DNA of 58,992 nt, counting the filler. It is 5 parts of 5 records of this genome, joined end to end, with 100 filler letters (N's around TTAATTAATTAA, not from the genome) between each part and the next. Parts side by side here need not be neighbours in the genome. Positions count along the whole stretch, not along the records: positions 33,576 to 53,097 come from SRR2962707_5028; positions 53,198 to 58,992 come from SRR2962707_5038; 3 more parts are not named here. One strand, written 5' to 3'. Under the pieces are notes generated by a model that worked only from the letters and a program-made list of their open reading frames with translations, searched no databases and was not told the origin of the DNA. Positions within the stretch are counted from its first letter, which is position 1. Each line of letters begins with the position of its first letter. The position numbers and the translations under genes are program-made. This document shows positions 49,393 to 58,992 of this stretch, piece after piece.

Positions 49393-49845
49393 TTGAAAAT
49401 AAATAAGCTTTCATATCAAGACTATCTATTCGTAGCACTTCAATTTTTGATATTTGCCACCTATTTTGTGCCTTTTAAAATAATATCAATCAGCATTCCC
49501 GAATGGTTGCGCTATTCGGGATTGGTTGTTACGGGGATGGCCTTAATTTTAGGAACAACTGCATTGCTTCAACTCAACACTAAAATATCACCTTTTCCAA
49601 CACCAGTTTCAAACGGAAAGTTAATTAGAACTGGAGCCTTTTCAGTTTCCAGGCATCCCATTTACACAGCTTTGGTTTTTTCGGCACTAGGGTTTACGAT
49701 ATATCAGGAATCTTTAGTTAAGCTATTGATTACATTGGTGTTATTTACCTTATTTTATTACAAGTCAAGATATGAAGAAAAGTTGCTTGGCCAAACATTT
49801 TCCGAATATGAAGATTATAAAAAGAAAACACGACGATTTATTTAG
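49393..49845 (+). CDS. Isoprenylcysteine carboxyl methyltransferase family membrane protein
   Basis: L.RTGAF..SRHPIYT, YEEKLL...F.EY..YKKKT.RFI. Confidence 0.85.
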   Translation: MKINKLSYQDYLFVALQFLIFATYFVPFKIISISIPEWLRYSGLVVTGMALILGTTALLQLNTKISPFPTPVSNGKLIRTGAFSVSRHPIYTALVFSALGFTIYQESLVKLLITLVLFTLFYYKSRYEEKLLGQTFSEYEDYKKKTRRFI

Positions 49846-49851
49846 GGAACT

Positions 49852-50454
49852 ATGAAACAATACCCAGCTGAATTTTGGAACGAACGCTTCGGTCACCAAG
49901 AATATATCTACGGCACAGCGCCAAATAAATTCTTTAAGGAACAGATTGACAAGTTAAAACCTGGCAGTATCCTCTTGCCTGCCGAAGGTGAAGGGCGTAA
50001 TGCAATATATGCCGCTTCACTAGGTTGGGACGTGGTTGCCTTTGATATAAGTGAAAAAGGTAAAGAAAAAGCATTGGGTTTGGCAGCTGAAAATCAAGTT
50101 TCTATCCACTATAAAATTTCGGATATTCTAGAATTTCAGAGCGACGCCCAGTTTGATGCCATTGGCTTTTGCTACGCCCATTTTCCCGCAGAAATACGCA
50201 ACCAAGCTCATCTGCATTTGATGAAATTTTTAAAACCTGATGGCATTGTGATTTTTGAAGCGTTTGCAAAAGCACAATTGGGAAATGCTTCTGGTGGTCC
50301 AAAAAATGAAGCAATGTTATTTTCCATTGAGGAAATAAAAACAGAATTCCCGCAACTCGACTTTAAATTATTAAAGGAAGGAACCATTGAGCTTTCCGAA
50401 GGTAATCATCATCAGGGAATTGCTGAAGTGATTCGATTTGTGGGAATAAAGTAG
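49852..50454 (+). CDS. Class I SAM-dependent methyltransferase
   Basis: FWNERF...YIYG..PN.F, ILLPAEGEGRNA, LKPDG. Confidence 0.88.
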   Translation: MKQYPAEFWNERFGHQEYIYGTAPNKFFKEQIDKLKPGSILLPAEGEGRNAIYAASLGWDVVAFDISEKGKEKALGLAAENQVSIHYKISDILEFQSDAQFDAIGFCYAHFPAEIRNQAHLHLMKFLKPDGIVIFEAFAKAQLGNASGGPKNEAMLFSIEEIKTEFPQLDFKLLKEGTIELSEGNHHQGIAEVIRFVGIK

Positions 50455-50475
50455 AGAGTGTACTTTGATATAAAT

Positions 50476-50513
50476 AAAAACCGCATTGTATGAATTAAAC
50501 AGTGCGGTTTTTT
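50476..50513. terminator. Bidirectional terminator between convergent genes
   Basis: AAAAACCGCATTGT...ACAGTGCGGTTTTTT. Confidence 0.7.
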
Positions 50514-50529
50514 ATTTTGCAGTAGAAAT

Positions 50530-51147
50530 TTACTTTAAACTATTAAGAAAGTTTTTAAATTCCGGGTCACTGTAATCAGCCATACCTTTATGCGTTAAAG
50601 CAAGGTTTCCTTTCGCATCAATTACATAGGTTGTAGGTAAGGCAGATGATTGAAACATAGCTGGAAGATTGCTCGCAGGAGCATAGATGGGTAAATTATA
50701 GCCTTTTCGTTTATCAAAAGCTTTGGCTTTTTCAAAATCATCATCAAATGATAATAATACAAAAGCAACATCATCACCCATTTCTTCGTGTAACTTATCA
50801 ATGCTCGGCATTTCGGCTACGCAAGGTGGGCACCAAGTTGCCCAGAAGTTTAAAAATATTACTTTGCCCTTAAACTCTTCCAACGAATGTATGTTACCAT
50901 CCCGGTCAGTCAATTTTAGATTATAATCTCCTTCAGTAAGGCTTAGCTTTTCAGTAATCGCTTCGGTGTTTTCATTGTTTCTTGCTTGCGCTATTTCAGC
51001 TACATCAGGATTCATCAAGCCAGTTGCCAATAGTCCACGCTGTGCAAAACCAATAACTTCGGTATGTAGTCCGGTTGCGTAAAGGAAAATCGCCACCACA
51101 GCAAAAATGCCATACTGAATCCAAGTTTTCTTTTTCTTCTTATCCAT
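50530..51147 (-). CDS. TlpA/ResA-like membrane-anchored thiol-disulfide oxidoreductase
   Basis: FLNFWATWCPPCVAEMP, LPTTYVID; the true start is ATG 51147 because upstream codons lie in the TSD and IS. Confidence 0.9.
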   Translation of the reverse strand: MDKKKKKTWIQYGIFAVVAIFLYATGLHTEVIGFAQRGLLATGLMNPDVAEIAQARNNENTEAITEKLSLTEGDYNLKLTDRDGNIHSLEEFKGKVIFLNFWATWCPPCVAEMPSIDKLHEEMGDDVAFVLLSFDDDFEKAKAFDKRKGYNLPIYAPASNLPAMFQSSALPTTYVIDAKGNLALTHKGMADYSDPEFKNFLNSLK

Positions 51148-51156
51148 AATTTTATT

Positions 51157-52467
51157 CATTAGTGGGCGCTTAAAACCCATTGATTTTCAGTTGTTTATTT
51201 TTTAGTTCATTGACACCTTTGTAATCGTGTCTTGTAAGTATCTCTCTTACAGGTGTTTTATCGAGTAGCGATATGCTCAGAATCTGTAAAATTTCGTAGA
51301 TTCTCCACTCCACTTTCAAGGTGTTCGCTATGATGGCAACCAAACAGTAAGCAATAATCGCACAGTAAATCTGGATTTTAACAGCATTTAGGGTCGTACC
51401 CCAAAAGGATTTGATTTTTAAATGTTGTTTCATCCACTTGAAAAACAGTTCAACCTCCCACCGTTTTTTGTACAACAGGGCGATTTCCAAGGCGTCCAGC
51501 TCGGTGTTGTTGGTCAAGAAAACAAACTCTTTTTGTGTTTCTTCATCATAATATTTTATCCGGCGCAGTTTGTCCGGAAAGGCCTTTCGGGAATAATATC
51601 CTTCCAGTTTGCCTATCTGGTCATATTTCACGCCTGCTGCTTTATCGGTCGGGTTGGAGTACATCAGCTTGAACCGCATATTGTCCTTGGCCCGGGTAAC
51701 GAAAAAGGCTTCTTTACCGTGGAGTTTGTACAAGCGTTCAAAGTCTATGTAGGCTTTGTCGAGTACCTAAAAACCCCCTGGTTCAAAAGGGATGATGTCC
51801 AAAACGTTCACATCGTGTAAACTGGCATTGGATATGTGAAGGAAACTCGGGATGGAAGTTTTTACATCATACAGCGTATGGATCTTTATCCCGCCCTTGG
51901 CCTTTCTGAACTCTGCCCACCAAAACACGTTCAAGCACAGGTCTATGGTGGTGGAGTCCAGGGCATACACATTGCCTTCAACCTTAACCTCAAAATCGTT
52001 CCGATAATAGCTCTTTCTAGCCTGTTCAATCAGGACGATGGCAAACTCCTCAAAGATTTTGCTGCTGCGTTTTTCGTTGGCCTTGCCCAGGTTGCGCCTT
52101 GAAATTGATTTTCCGAAACCCAGATGATAATATTTCGAGTGATGGGCTTCCAAGCTTAGCATCAGGTCCCGCATGCTCTCCCTGGAGGTGAGCTGACCAA
52201 ATACCATACAGAGCATTTGGTTCCAGCAGGTAAAGCTTCGGACATATTTGTTCCCATCGTGCTTTTTGACAATGCGGTCAAACACGCGACGGGGCAAGAA
52301 TTCGGTCAACTGAGCAAAAATGTATTTACCTTGATTCATTGGATGTGGATTTTGCAACAGCAAAAATCCTGAACCCAATTCAAATCGTCACCGTGTTAAA
52401 AAACGCCGTAACCTCGATATACAAAGAATTTAAAAGAACTTGATTTATATTTTAGTGCCCATTAGTG
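51157..52467 (-). mobile_element. IS4-family insertion sequence, 1311 bp, with 9-bp target duplication AATTTTATT
   Basis: Terminal inverted repeats CATTAGTGGGCGCTTAAAA and CACTAATGGGCACTAAAA; AATTTTATT at 51148-51156 and 52468-52476. Confidence 0.9.
51170..52339 (-). pseudogene. IS4-family DDE transposase interrupted by an in-frame TAG (51767-51769)
   Basis: ALDSTTIDL...GGF*VLDKAYIDF...YKKRWEVELFFKWMKQ in a single frame; YREK motif of IS4. Confidence 0.88.
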
Positions 52468-52478
52468 AATTTTATTCT

Positions 52479-53097
52479 TTATTGAAATTTATAATCGGTT
52501 TTGGGTACGGTAGAAAAGGAATACTCGCCAAGATATTCGCAATAGGCCCTGCCTTCTAATGTTGGCGATACTGGCGAGTTTTCTTTTAAATATTCTTCCA
52601 CCACATCGTGAATGGTATAATCCTTTACTTCAACATCCTTAACATTGGGCATCCTACAAAGATTATCGATAGGGTCACCGGGACGCACACAGGCAGAGAT
52701 GGTATAATACTGGTCATCTTGCATTGGCTCGCCGTTTACGGTTATGCTATGGATTCGTTTGCGCTTTTCATTTTGGCTATTGAAGTTGACCTTCATTCCT
52801 GAAAAGCGTACTAACCAACCCCCAAAACGTTCGGTCGGGTTTTGAGAAAAGGCATTGTGCATTTCTTTTTCCAACCAGTCCTTTATCTGTTTTCCAGTAG
52901 CTTTTCCTGTTTTTACCTTTTCATTTACCGGGAGCAAGTTCCACAGATTGGCTCTCGTAATCGGTGCCGGTTTTCCATTTTGGGGCACAATGGGGTTACC
53001 AAACCGAAACCCATTTGAAATAGCGATATCTGCACCCGTTTTCCATCGAGCGGCATCGGTTATCATATTGTCCATCGGGTTTTCTACCGTTAAATAT
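52479..53097 (-). CDS. C-terminal domain of a 5'-nucleotidase/SoxB-like protein (5' truncated)
   Basis: DNMITDA...ADIAISNGFRFG, TG.QIKDWLE, F..NP..RFGGWLVR.SGM resemble the SoxB/5'-nucleotidase C-domain. Confidence 0.7.
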
Positions 53098-53197
53098 NNN
53101 NNNNNNNNNNNNNNNNNNNNNNNNNNNNNNNNNNNNNNNNNTTAATTAATTAANNNNNNNNNNNNNNNNNNNNNNNNNNNNNNNNNNNNNNNNNNNN
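53098..53197. other. Artificial contig spacer
   Basis: N44-TTAATTAATTAA-N44. Confidence 0.97.
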
Positions 53198-53198
53198 A

Positions 53199-53483
53199 AT
53201 GGCAGAACTATCCATAAAAATCAGAATTGGGAACAGGGAGTATCCCATGAGAGTGAAAGCGGAAGATGAAGAACGGATTAGAAGAGCAGGAAAACTTTTA
53301 AATGAGAAAATAAAAAATTACCAAAACCAGTTCGGTATAGATGACACACAAGACCTGGTGGCAATGGTAGCTTTTGATTGTCTGGTAGAGAAGCTTAAAA
53401 GAGAAGAATCATCTGATGCTTCGGATGATTTTGCTCTGGGAGAAATCTCAAAACTAAACCAGCTTATCACGAACTCGATCTGA
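53199..53483 (+). CDS. zapA: Cell division protein ZapA
   Basis: IKIRIGNREYPM...EERIRRAGKLLNEKI...QDLVAM; conserved position before rny. Confidence 0.9.
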   Translation: MAELSIKIRIGNREYPMRVKAEDEERIRRAGKLLNEKIKNYQNQFGIDDTQDLVAMVAFDCLVEKLKREESSDASDDFALGEISKLNQLITNSI

Positions 53484-53548
53484 TTATATCGCCCTTGATC
53501 TAGACACACCTGACTGTCCTGTTATTTGAATCACTCAAATACACACAG

Positions 53549-55114
53549 ATGGACACCACAATTATTATCGTAATAGCCACCGTAGCAGGGGCTGTAGTAG
53601 GCCTGCTGATCGGACGCTCTATGCAAGGCAAGAATGCCAGCAAGAAAGTAAAAGAGGCTGAGGAACAAAGTAAGTTGATCCTAAAAGAAGCAGAAGTCAC
53701 TGCGGAGAGTATTAAAAAAGATAAAATTCATGAAGGAAAAGAGCAGCTCTTCAAGCTGAGAAGTGAGTTTGAAGAAGAGTCTGCACGAAAGAAAAACATT
53801 CTTTTGACCAATGAGCAAAAGCTCAAGCAGAAGGAATCAAACCTCAACAAGCAATTTGAGCAAGTCAAACGAAAAGAAGATGAACTGGATAGCCTAAAGG
53901 AAACGCTAGCAAATCAGATGGAAATTGCTCGTCAGCGTAAGGAAGAATTTGAAAAAATGCAGAAACAGCAAGTTGCCATTTTAGAAAAGGCGGCAAACCT
54001 TCCCGCTGAAGAAGCCAAAGCTCAATTAATGGAAGCGTTAAAAGATGAAGCCCGAACCAGTGCCTCTGCTCACATTAAAGAGATCGTAGAAGAAGCAAAA
54101 ATGACTGCCACCAAAGAGGCAAAGAAGGTGGTTGTAGAAGCCATACAGCGCACAGCAACCGAGCATGCCATTGAAAACACAGTCTCTGTATTCAATATCG
54201 AGAGTGATGATATCAAAGGAAAAATTATTGGTCGTGAGGGGCGAAATATTCGTGCACTTGAAGCTGCCACGGGTGTTGAGATTATTGTGGATGATACACC
54301 GGAGGCTATCATCATTTCCGGCTTTGATCCGGTGAGAAGAGAAATAGCCAGACTTTCCCTTCATCGATTGGTTCAGGATGGAAGAATACACCCGGCCAGA
54401 ATCGAAGAGATTGTAAACAAGACGACCAAGAATATCGGTGATGAAATCGTAGAAATAGGTGAAAGAACGGTCATCGACTTGGGTATCCATGGATTACATC
54501 CTGAATTGATCAAGATGGTTGGTCGTATGCGTTTCCGATCATCTTACGGACAAAATCTCCTGCAGCACTCCAGAGAGGTAGCAAATCTTTGCGCTACATT
54601 GGCATCTGAGCTTGGCCTAAACCCCAAACTGGCTAAGAGAGCAGGGTTACTCCATGATATTGGCAAGGTATGGCCGGATGAACCAGAGAAGCCTCACGCA
54701 ATTATCGGAATGGAGCTGGCGCAGAAGTACAAAGAAAACGCAGAGATATGCAATGCCATTGGTGCGCACCATGATGAGATAGAGATGACATCTATGATCT
54801 CCCCGATTGTCCAGGCATGTGATGCAATCTCAGGATCACGTCCGGGAGCAAGGCGTGAAATCATGGAGCAATACCTGAAGAGACTGAAAGACCTGGAAGG
54901 TATCGCGCTAAATTTCGAGGGAGTGAACAAATGCTATGCAATACAGGCAGGACGTGAATTACGTGTTTTGGTCGACGCAGAGAACGTGGACGACAAGCAC
55001 GCAAGCGATCTATCGTTTAATATCTCACAAAAAATAGAGAAGGACATGCAATATCCGGGACAAATAAAAGTAACTGTTATAAGGGAAACACGTGCCGTGG
55101 CTTTTGCTAAGTAG
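53549..55114 (+). CDS. rny: Ribonuclease Y
   Basis: TM anchor, coiled coil, KH domain [15 protein letters not shown] domain LLHDIGK. Confidence 0.97.
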   Translation: MDTTIIIVIATVAGAVVGLLIGRSMQGKNASKKVKEAEEQSKLILKEAEVTAESIKKDKIHEGKEQLFKLRSEFEEESARKKNILLTNEQKLKQKESNLNKQFEQVKRKEDELDSLKETLANQMEIARQRKEEFEKMQKQQVAILEKAANLPAEEAKAQLMEALKDEARTSASAHIKEIVEEAKMTATKEAKKVVVEAIQRTATEHAIENTVSVFNIESDDIKGKIIGREGRNIRALEAATGVEIIVDDTPEAIIISGFDPVRREIARLSLHRLVQDGRIHPARIEEIVNKTTKNIGDEIVEIGERTVIDLGIHGLHPELIKMVGRMRFRSSYGQNLLQHSREVANLCATLASELGLNPKLAKRAGLLHDIGKVWPDEPEKPHAIIGMELAQKYKENAEICNAIGAHHDEIEMTSMISPIVQACDAISGSRPGARREIMEQYLKRLKDLEGIALNFEGVNKCYAIQAGRELRVLVDAENVDDKHASDLSFNISQKIEKDMQYPGQIKVTVIRETRAVAFAK

Positions 55115-55258
55115 CATAACCCAATTAGAAAATAGATTAACTTTATTTTTAATTCTTCTGTCTTTCAATGAATTATAAAATAAAATTTTGCTAGTTGTAA
55201 GGGTATATGATGAACAATTTTTTGTTAAGGTATATTTATCTTTAAAAGGGGTTACTTC

Positions 55259-55816
55259 ATGAAAAAATTACTACTTATACTTTCAATATCCTTCATCGCT
55301 TCATGTGGAAAGGATGATGCCGTTGAGATTGAAGCGGGGCTATCAGGTACTTTAATGTTTAATGGAAATTCAATCACAATCTCTGACGGTCTTTTTGGTG
55401 AACTATCAGAAGATGGACAATACGCTGCTACGTTCCTTTTATCCGATGCTCCAGTTAGCTATGATACTGAAAATGAGCAAGCCAGTTTTGAAGGAGATTA
55501 TTTAATCAATGTTGTTATATATGCTGAAGGTGACGCCTTTGAAGCCGGTAACTATAATGTTGCTACATTAGATAGTCCCATTGAAGATAAAACAGCTTTT
55601 GTAGTTGTTGCAGATGCAGATAATGCAAGCTCAGGAGGAGCACTTGCTATTGATGGAACCATCAATATACAGGGTTCCGGCAATGAATTTACGCTGACTT
55701 TTGCTGTCGATTTTGAAAATGAAGTTGAATTAGTCGGGAGCACTTCAGGTGACTTTGAGGTGGTGATTATCCCAAATGATGAACAAACGCTGGTAAAACC
55801 ACATTTAAACCTATGA
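55259..55816 (+). CDS. Hypothetical lipoprotein
   Basis: Signal peptide with lipobox IASC followed by GKDD. Confidence 0.75.
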   Translation: MKKLLLILSISFIASCGKDDAVEIEAGLSGTLMFNGNSITISDGLFGELSEDGQYAATFLLSDAPVSYDTENEQASFEGDYLINVVIYAEGDAFEAGNYNVATLDSPIEDKTAFVVVADADNASSGGALAIDGTINIQGSGNEFTLTFAVDFENEVELVGSTSGDFEVVIIPNDEQTLVKPHLNL

Positions 55817-56316
55817 GACAAGTATTAATTTCAATATCCGTCCTATCCCTACTCATCATTTCTTCATGTGGCAAAGATGATGGAGTATCTGTGAGTAATC
55901 AAATTACCATTGGTGATCAAACCTACGACATTGAGGGTGCTGGTTTTTTGAGCGTCGGTGATACCGATGGTATTTCTGAAGGAGTTTTTGCTTTGTCAGA
56001 TGCAAATGTTTCCATCTCAGGAAGTTCATTTTCAATATCTACAAGTTCAGACATTAGAGTTATCTTCAATTTGGCTTCTTTAGGGGATGGCGGGTTGGAC
56101 TCAGGGGACTATAGTGAAGGGGATGTATTGAGTCCTGACGCTGGTAAGGTGTTTTTCATTCAATTGATCCAAGCGGATGGGACAACATATTCCGTAACCG
56201 GAGGGAAAATTAAGCTAAGTGGGTCGAGTCCAAATTTCACAGTTAGCTTCAATCTTAACCTCGACGGAGGAGACAAGCTAACTGGAGGATTCTCAGGAGA
56301 ATTTGCTACTAACTAG
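55813..56316 (+). CDS. Hypothetical lipoprotein (probable paralog of the upstream gene)
   Basis: Lipobox ISSC-GKDD; shared F.LSDA.VS and G.I..SGS...FT..F motifs. Confidence 0.75.
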   Translation: MRQVLISISVLSLLIISSCGKDDGVSVSNQITIGDQTYDIEGAGFLSVGDTDGISEGVFALSDANVSISGSSFSISTSSDIRVIFNLASLGDGGLDSGDYSEGDVLSPDAGKVFFIQLIQADGTTYSVTGGKIKLSGSSPNFTVSFNLNLDGGDKLTGGFSGEFATN

Positions 56317-56446
56317 TTTTTTTAGATATTTTTGACGCATGATAAAAAGCTGGACAGATAAAATGAGAAAATCTGATAAGAAATCTAAACGATTTCTCTA
56401 GGTCCGGCCATTGATTAGATTTTATTTAAAAACCAATAATATTTTC

Positions 56447-56478
56447 AAGAACCGGAGCATCAAGCTTCGGTTCTTTTT
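56447..56478 (+). terminator. Probable intrinsic terminator
   Basis: AAGAACCGGAGC-loop-GCTTCGGTTCTTTTT. Confidence 0.6.
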
Positions 56479-56506
56479 GTTTTAACCCTTTTGTAAAATT
56501 CTTAAA

Positions 56507-57715
56507 ATGGAAAATGCAAGTTTAATCCGTGCCACAGAAAATTATGGCTCACCACTTTATGTCTATGATGCCAATCAAATGAAGAAGAACTATAACCAGT
56601 TCATTAAAGCATTCAAAGTGGATCAGTTAAAAGTGCATTATGCCTGCAAGGCACTCAATAATCAAGCTATCCTGAAGCTTTTTAGATCATTGGGAGCTGG
56701 TCTGGATTGTGTCTCCATTGAAGAGGTGCATTTAGGCTTGCATGCCGGATTTCCCGCTGAAGATATTCTGTTTACACCAAACAATATTTCCACTGAAGAA
56801 TATGAAGAGGCGATTGCACTGGGAGTAAAAATCAATGTAGATAACCTATATACACTCGAATACTTTGGGATCAACCATCCGGATGTTCCTATTTATATCC
56901 GAATCAACCCACACTTAATGGCTGGAGGAAATCAGAAGATTTCCGTAGGCCATATCGATTCCAAGTTCGGGATTTCCATTCACCAGGTTCCCAACGTGGA
57001 GCGGATTGTTAAGAAACTAAACATCAATGTCATGGGTATCCATGTACATACCGGATCTGATATCCTCGATGCGGATATTTTCATTAAAGCAGCAGAGCTC
57101 GTTTTTAGCGTTGTAGAAAAATTTGACACTGTCACCCACATTGACTTTGGTAGTGGATTTAAAGTAGCCTATAAACCAGATGACCTTCATACTGACATTG
57201 GTCGTTTCGGTAAAAAATTCAGTAAAGCCTTTAATGATTTTTGCGAAAAGCAGGGCAAGAACTACACGTTAGAATTTGAGCCCGGAAAATATATGGTGAG
57301 TAATGCCGGTTATTTTCTTGCTAAAGTAAACCTGATAAAGCAGACCACTTCGTGCACATTTGTTGGCCTGGATACGGGTTTTAATCACTTCATCCGACCG
57401 ATGTTTTATTACGCTTATCACCATATCGAAAACCTCTCCAATCCGAATGGAGAAAAGAAAGTCTATAATGTAGTGGGTTATGTATGTGAAACTGATTCTT
57501 TCGCCTCTGATCGAATCATTCCAGAAGTACGTAAGGGTGATTTATTGGTATTTAAAAATGCGGGAGCCTATTGCTCCACGATGGCTTCCAATTATAACTC
57601 TCGCCCCAGGCCGGCTGAAGTACTGGTCCTTGATGGGAAAGATCATCTGATTAGAAGAAGAGAAACAATAGAGGATTTGTTGAGTACACAGGTAGACGCT
57701 GAGATCAACTATTGA
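56507..57715 (+). CDS. lysA: Diaminopimelate decarboxylase
   Basis: YACKAL (PLP Lys), SKFG, HVHTGS, EPGKY, VCETD, GAY..MASNYNSRPRP. Confidence 0.93.
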   Translation: MENASLIRATENYGSPLYVYDANQMKKNYNQFIKAFKVDQLKVHYACKALNNQAILKLFRSLGAGLDCVSIEEVHLGLHAGFPAEDILFTPNNISTEEYEEAIALGVKINVDNLYTLEYFGINHPDVPIYIRINPHLMAGGNQKISVGHIDSKFGISIHQVPNVERIVKKLNINVMGIHVHTGSDILDADIFIKAAELVFSVVEKFDTVTHIDFGSGFKVAYKPDDLHTDIGRFGKKFSKAFNDFCEKQGKNYTLEFEPGKYMVSNAGYFLAKVNLIKQTTSCTFVGLDTGFNHFIRPMFYYAYHHIENLSNPNGEKKVYNVVGYVCETDSFASDRIIPEVRKGDLLVFKNAGAYCSTMASNYNSRPRPAEVLVLDGKDHLIRRRETIEDLLSTQVDAEINY

Positions 57716-58752
57716 TTCTCAAACTCATGCTTCAGTAGCCATTTTTTTCTATGGACACCTCCCCCATAGCCTACAATGCTACCATCTGAGCCAATGATTC
57801 TGTGGCAAGGGATAATGATCGCGATTCTGTTTTCGCCATTGGCTCTTGCCACAGCTCTAACGGCTTTTACGTCACCAACGACATCTGCCTGCTGTTTGTA
57901 AGATCTTGTTATGCCATAAGGAATCTTCAGAAGCGCATTCCAAACCCGCTGTTGAAATTCAGTACCACTGACCACCAGAGGTATATCAAAATCCTTTCGA
58001 CTGCCTGAAAAGTATTCATTCAATTGATTTGTGACCTTATTAATCATTGGATGCTTTCCTGTGACCAGTTCACATCTCATTCGTTTTTTCAGTACATCAA
58101 TTTGGGTCTCCAGCATCTTTCTGTCTGTAAATTCCAATAGACACAACCCTTCATCGGTTACTCCTACCATCATGGGACCCAGGGGTGTAGGTATTCTATT
58201 AATAGTCACCATATTCCCTTCTTTTCCTGGTGAGAATCCGGCCAAATTTTTAAATGTTTCTGAAAACCCACTCAGTGAGTCATATCCTTGTTCATACGCT
58301 GATTGGGTCACCGTTTGCCCTTCCTTTATTTTGAGGAAAGCCCCATTTATCCTACTCATTCTAAGGTAAGCCTGAAAGGTAATGCCATGCGTCTTTTTGA
58401 AATACCTTCTTACACGCGAAGGACTAAAGCCCATTTCTGTTAGCTCATAATCCCGCCATTTCTTTTCCGGCTTGTCTTCCACTCGTTTCAGAAGGGGAAC
58501 CAGCCATTCCGGTGATTCCTCATATTGCTTCATCGGTCTGCATACTTTACAGGCTCGATATCCATTTGCTAGCGCATCTTTCGCAGAAGAAAAGAACTCC
58601 ACATTTTCCTGCTTGGGCTTTCTGGCCGTACATGTCGGTCTGCAGAAAATTCCCGTAGTTCTTACCTCTACTACAAAAACTCCTTCATAATGTGAGTCCT
58701 TATCCAAAAGAGCCTGGTACATTTCATCTATAGTCGGAAGTGTGGTTTTCAT
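57709..58752 (-). CDS. ada: Bifunctional Ada: Zn methylphosphotriester domain, AraC HTH and O6-methylguanine-DNA methyltransferase
   Basis: TTGIFCRPTC, GYRACKVC and IPCHRI active site. Confidence 0.93.
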   Translation of the reverse strand: MKTTLPTIDEMYQALLDKDSHYEGVFVVEVRTTGIFCRPTCTARKPKQENVEFFSSAKDALANGYRACKVCRPMKQYEESPEWLVPLLKRVEDKPEKKWRDYELTEMGFSPSRVRRYFKKTHGITFQAYLRMSRINGAFLKIKEGQTVTQSAYEQGYDSLSGFSETFKNLAGFSPGKEGNMVTINRIPTPLGPMMVGVTDEGLCLLEFTDRKMLETQIDVLKKRMRCELVTGKHPMINKVTNQLNEYFSGSRKDFDIPLVVSGTEFQQRVWNALLKIPYGITRSYKQQADVVGDVKAVRAVARANGENRIAIIIPCHRIIGSDGSIVGYGGGVHRKKWLLKHEFENQ

Positions 58753-58899
58753 GGCATAAAAGTAGAAAGACGTTCATTCAGTGGACAACCGAAATTTGAA
58801 CAATCATTTTAAAAGGACCATCGCCCGTTCGGGTGATTTTAATAAAATAGTTTTTAACTTTTAAAAGACAATTTATCATTGACCTAAAATAACCCTATT

Positions 58900-58992
58900 A
58901 TGAAATACACCCTTGAAATCGTGATTGACAAACCTCGGGATGAGGTGGTCAAACTTTTTGACAATTCGGATAATATGAAATACTGGCAAAAA
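58900..58992 (+). CDS. SRPBCC family protein, N-terminus (runs off the window)
   Basis: MKYTLEIVIDKPRDEVVKLFDNSDNMKYWQ matches the typical SRPBCC start. Confidence 0.65.
   Translation, partial: MKYTLEIVIDKPRDEVVKLFDNSDNMKYWQK

Noticed and set aside
51767-51769. Programmed amber read-through or recoding in the transposase
   Set aside because: TAG serves as a normal stop in neighbouring genes and no recoding machinery is visible; a point mutation or sequencing error is simpler
53484-53548. 6S RNA between zapA and rny
   Set aside because: The gap is only 65 nt and shows no long self-complementary rod, too short for a 6S RNA

Overview
The window is not one locus. It is five unrelated contigs joined by identical 100-nt spacers (N44-TTAATTAATTAA-N44) at 15825, 24533, 33476 and 53098. 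(1) 1-15824 is eukaryotic (protist-like, short GT-AG introns). It carries a MYB factor with two R2R3 pairs, a 6-exon DUF1295 gene, and a 9-exon gene of about 3002 aa that fuses PH-ArfGAP, ankyrin, F-box-like, DENN, four Mind-bomb-type SH3 repeats and an IQ-like motif. (2) 15925-24532 is a gammaproteobacterial signalling locus: a GAF kinase plus a VieA/RocR-like, VieB-like, VieS-like operon behind a perfect FNR box. (3) 24633-33475 holds Marinobacter-like lipid and housekeeping genes. (4) 33576-53097 is a Flavobacteriaceae-like sulfide/sulfane-sulfur oxidation island (SQR, two persulfide dioxygenase-rhodanese fusions, TauE, peroxiredoxin, cbb3-type oxidase, SoxB-like gene, IS4 element). Eight GTAAC-N4-GTTAC palindromes in it each sit exactly 22 nt upstream of a Bacteroidetes -7 promoter box, which points to a regulon run by the island's own Cys-containing Crp/Fnr protein. 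This is the strongest candidate for an undescribed system. (5) 53198-58992 holds Bacteroidota housekeeping genes (zapA, rny, lysA, ada). Taxonomic labels and family names come from recognising sequence motifs, not from database searches.
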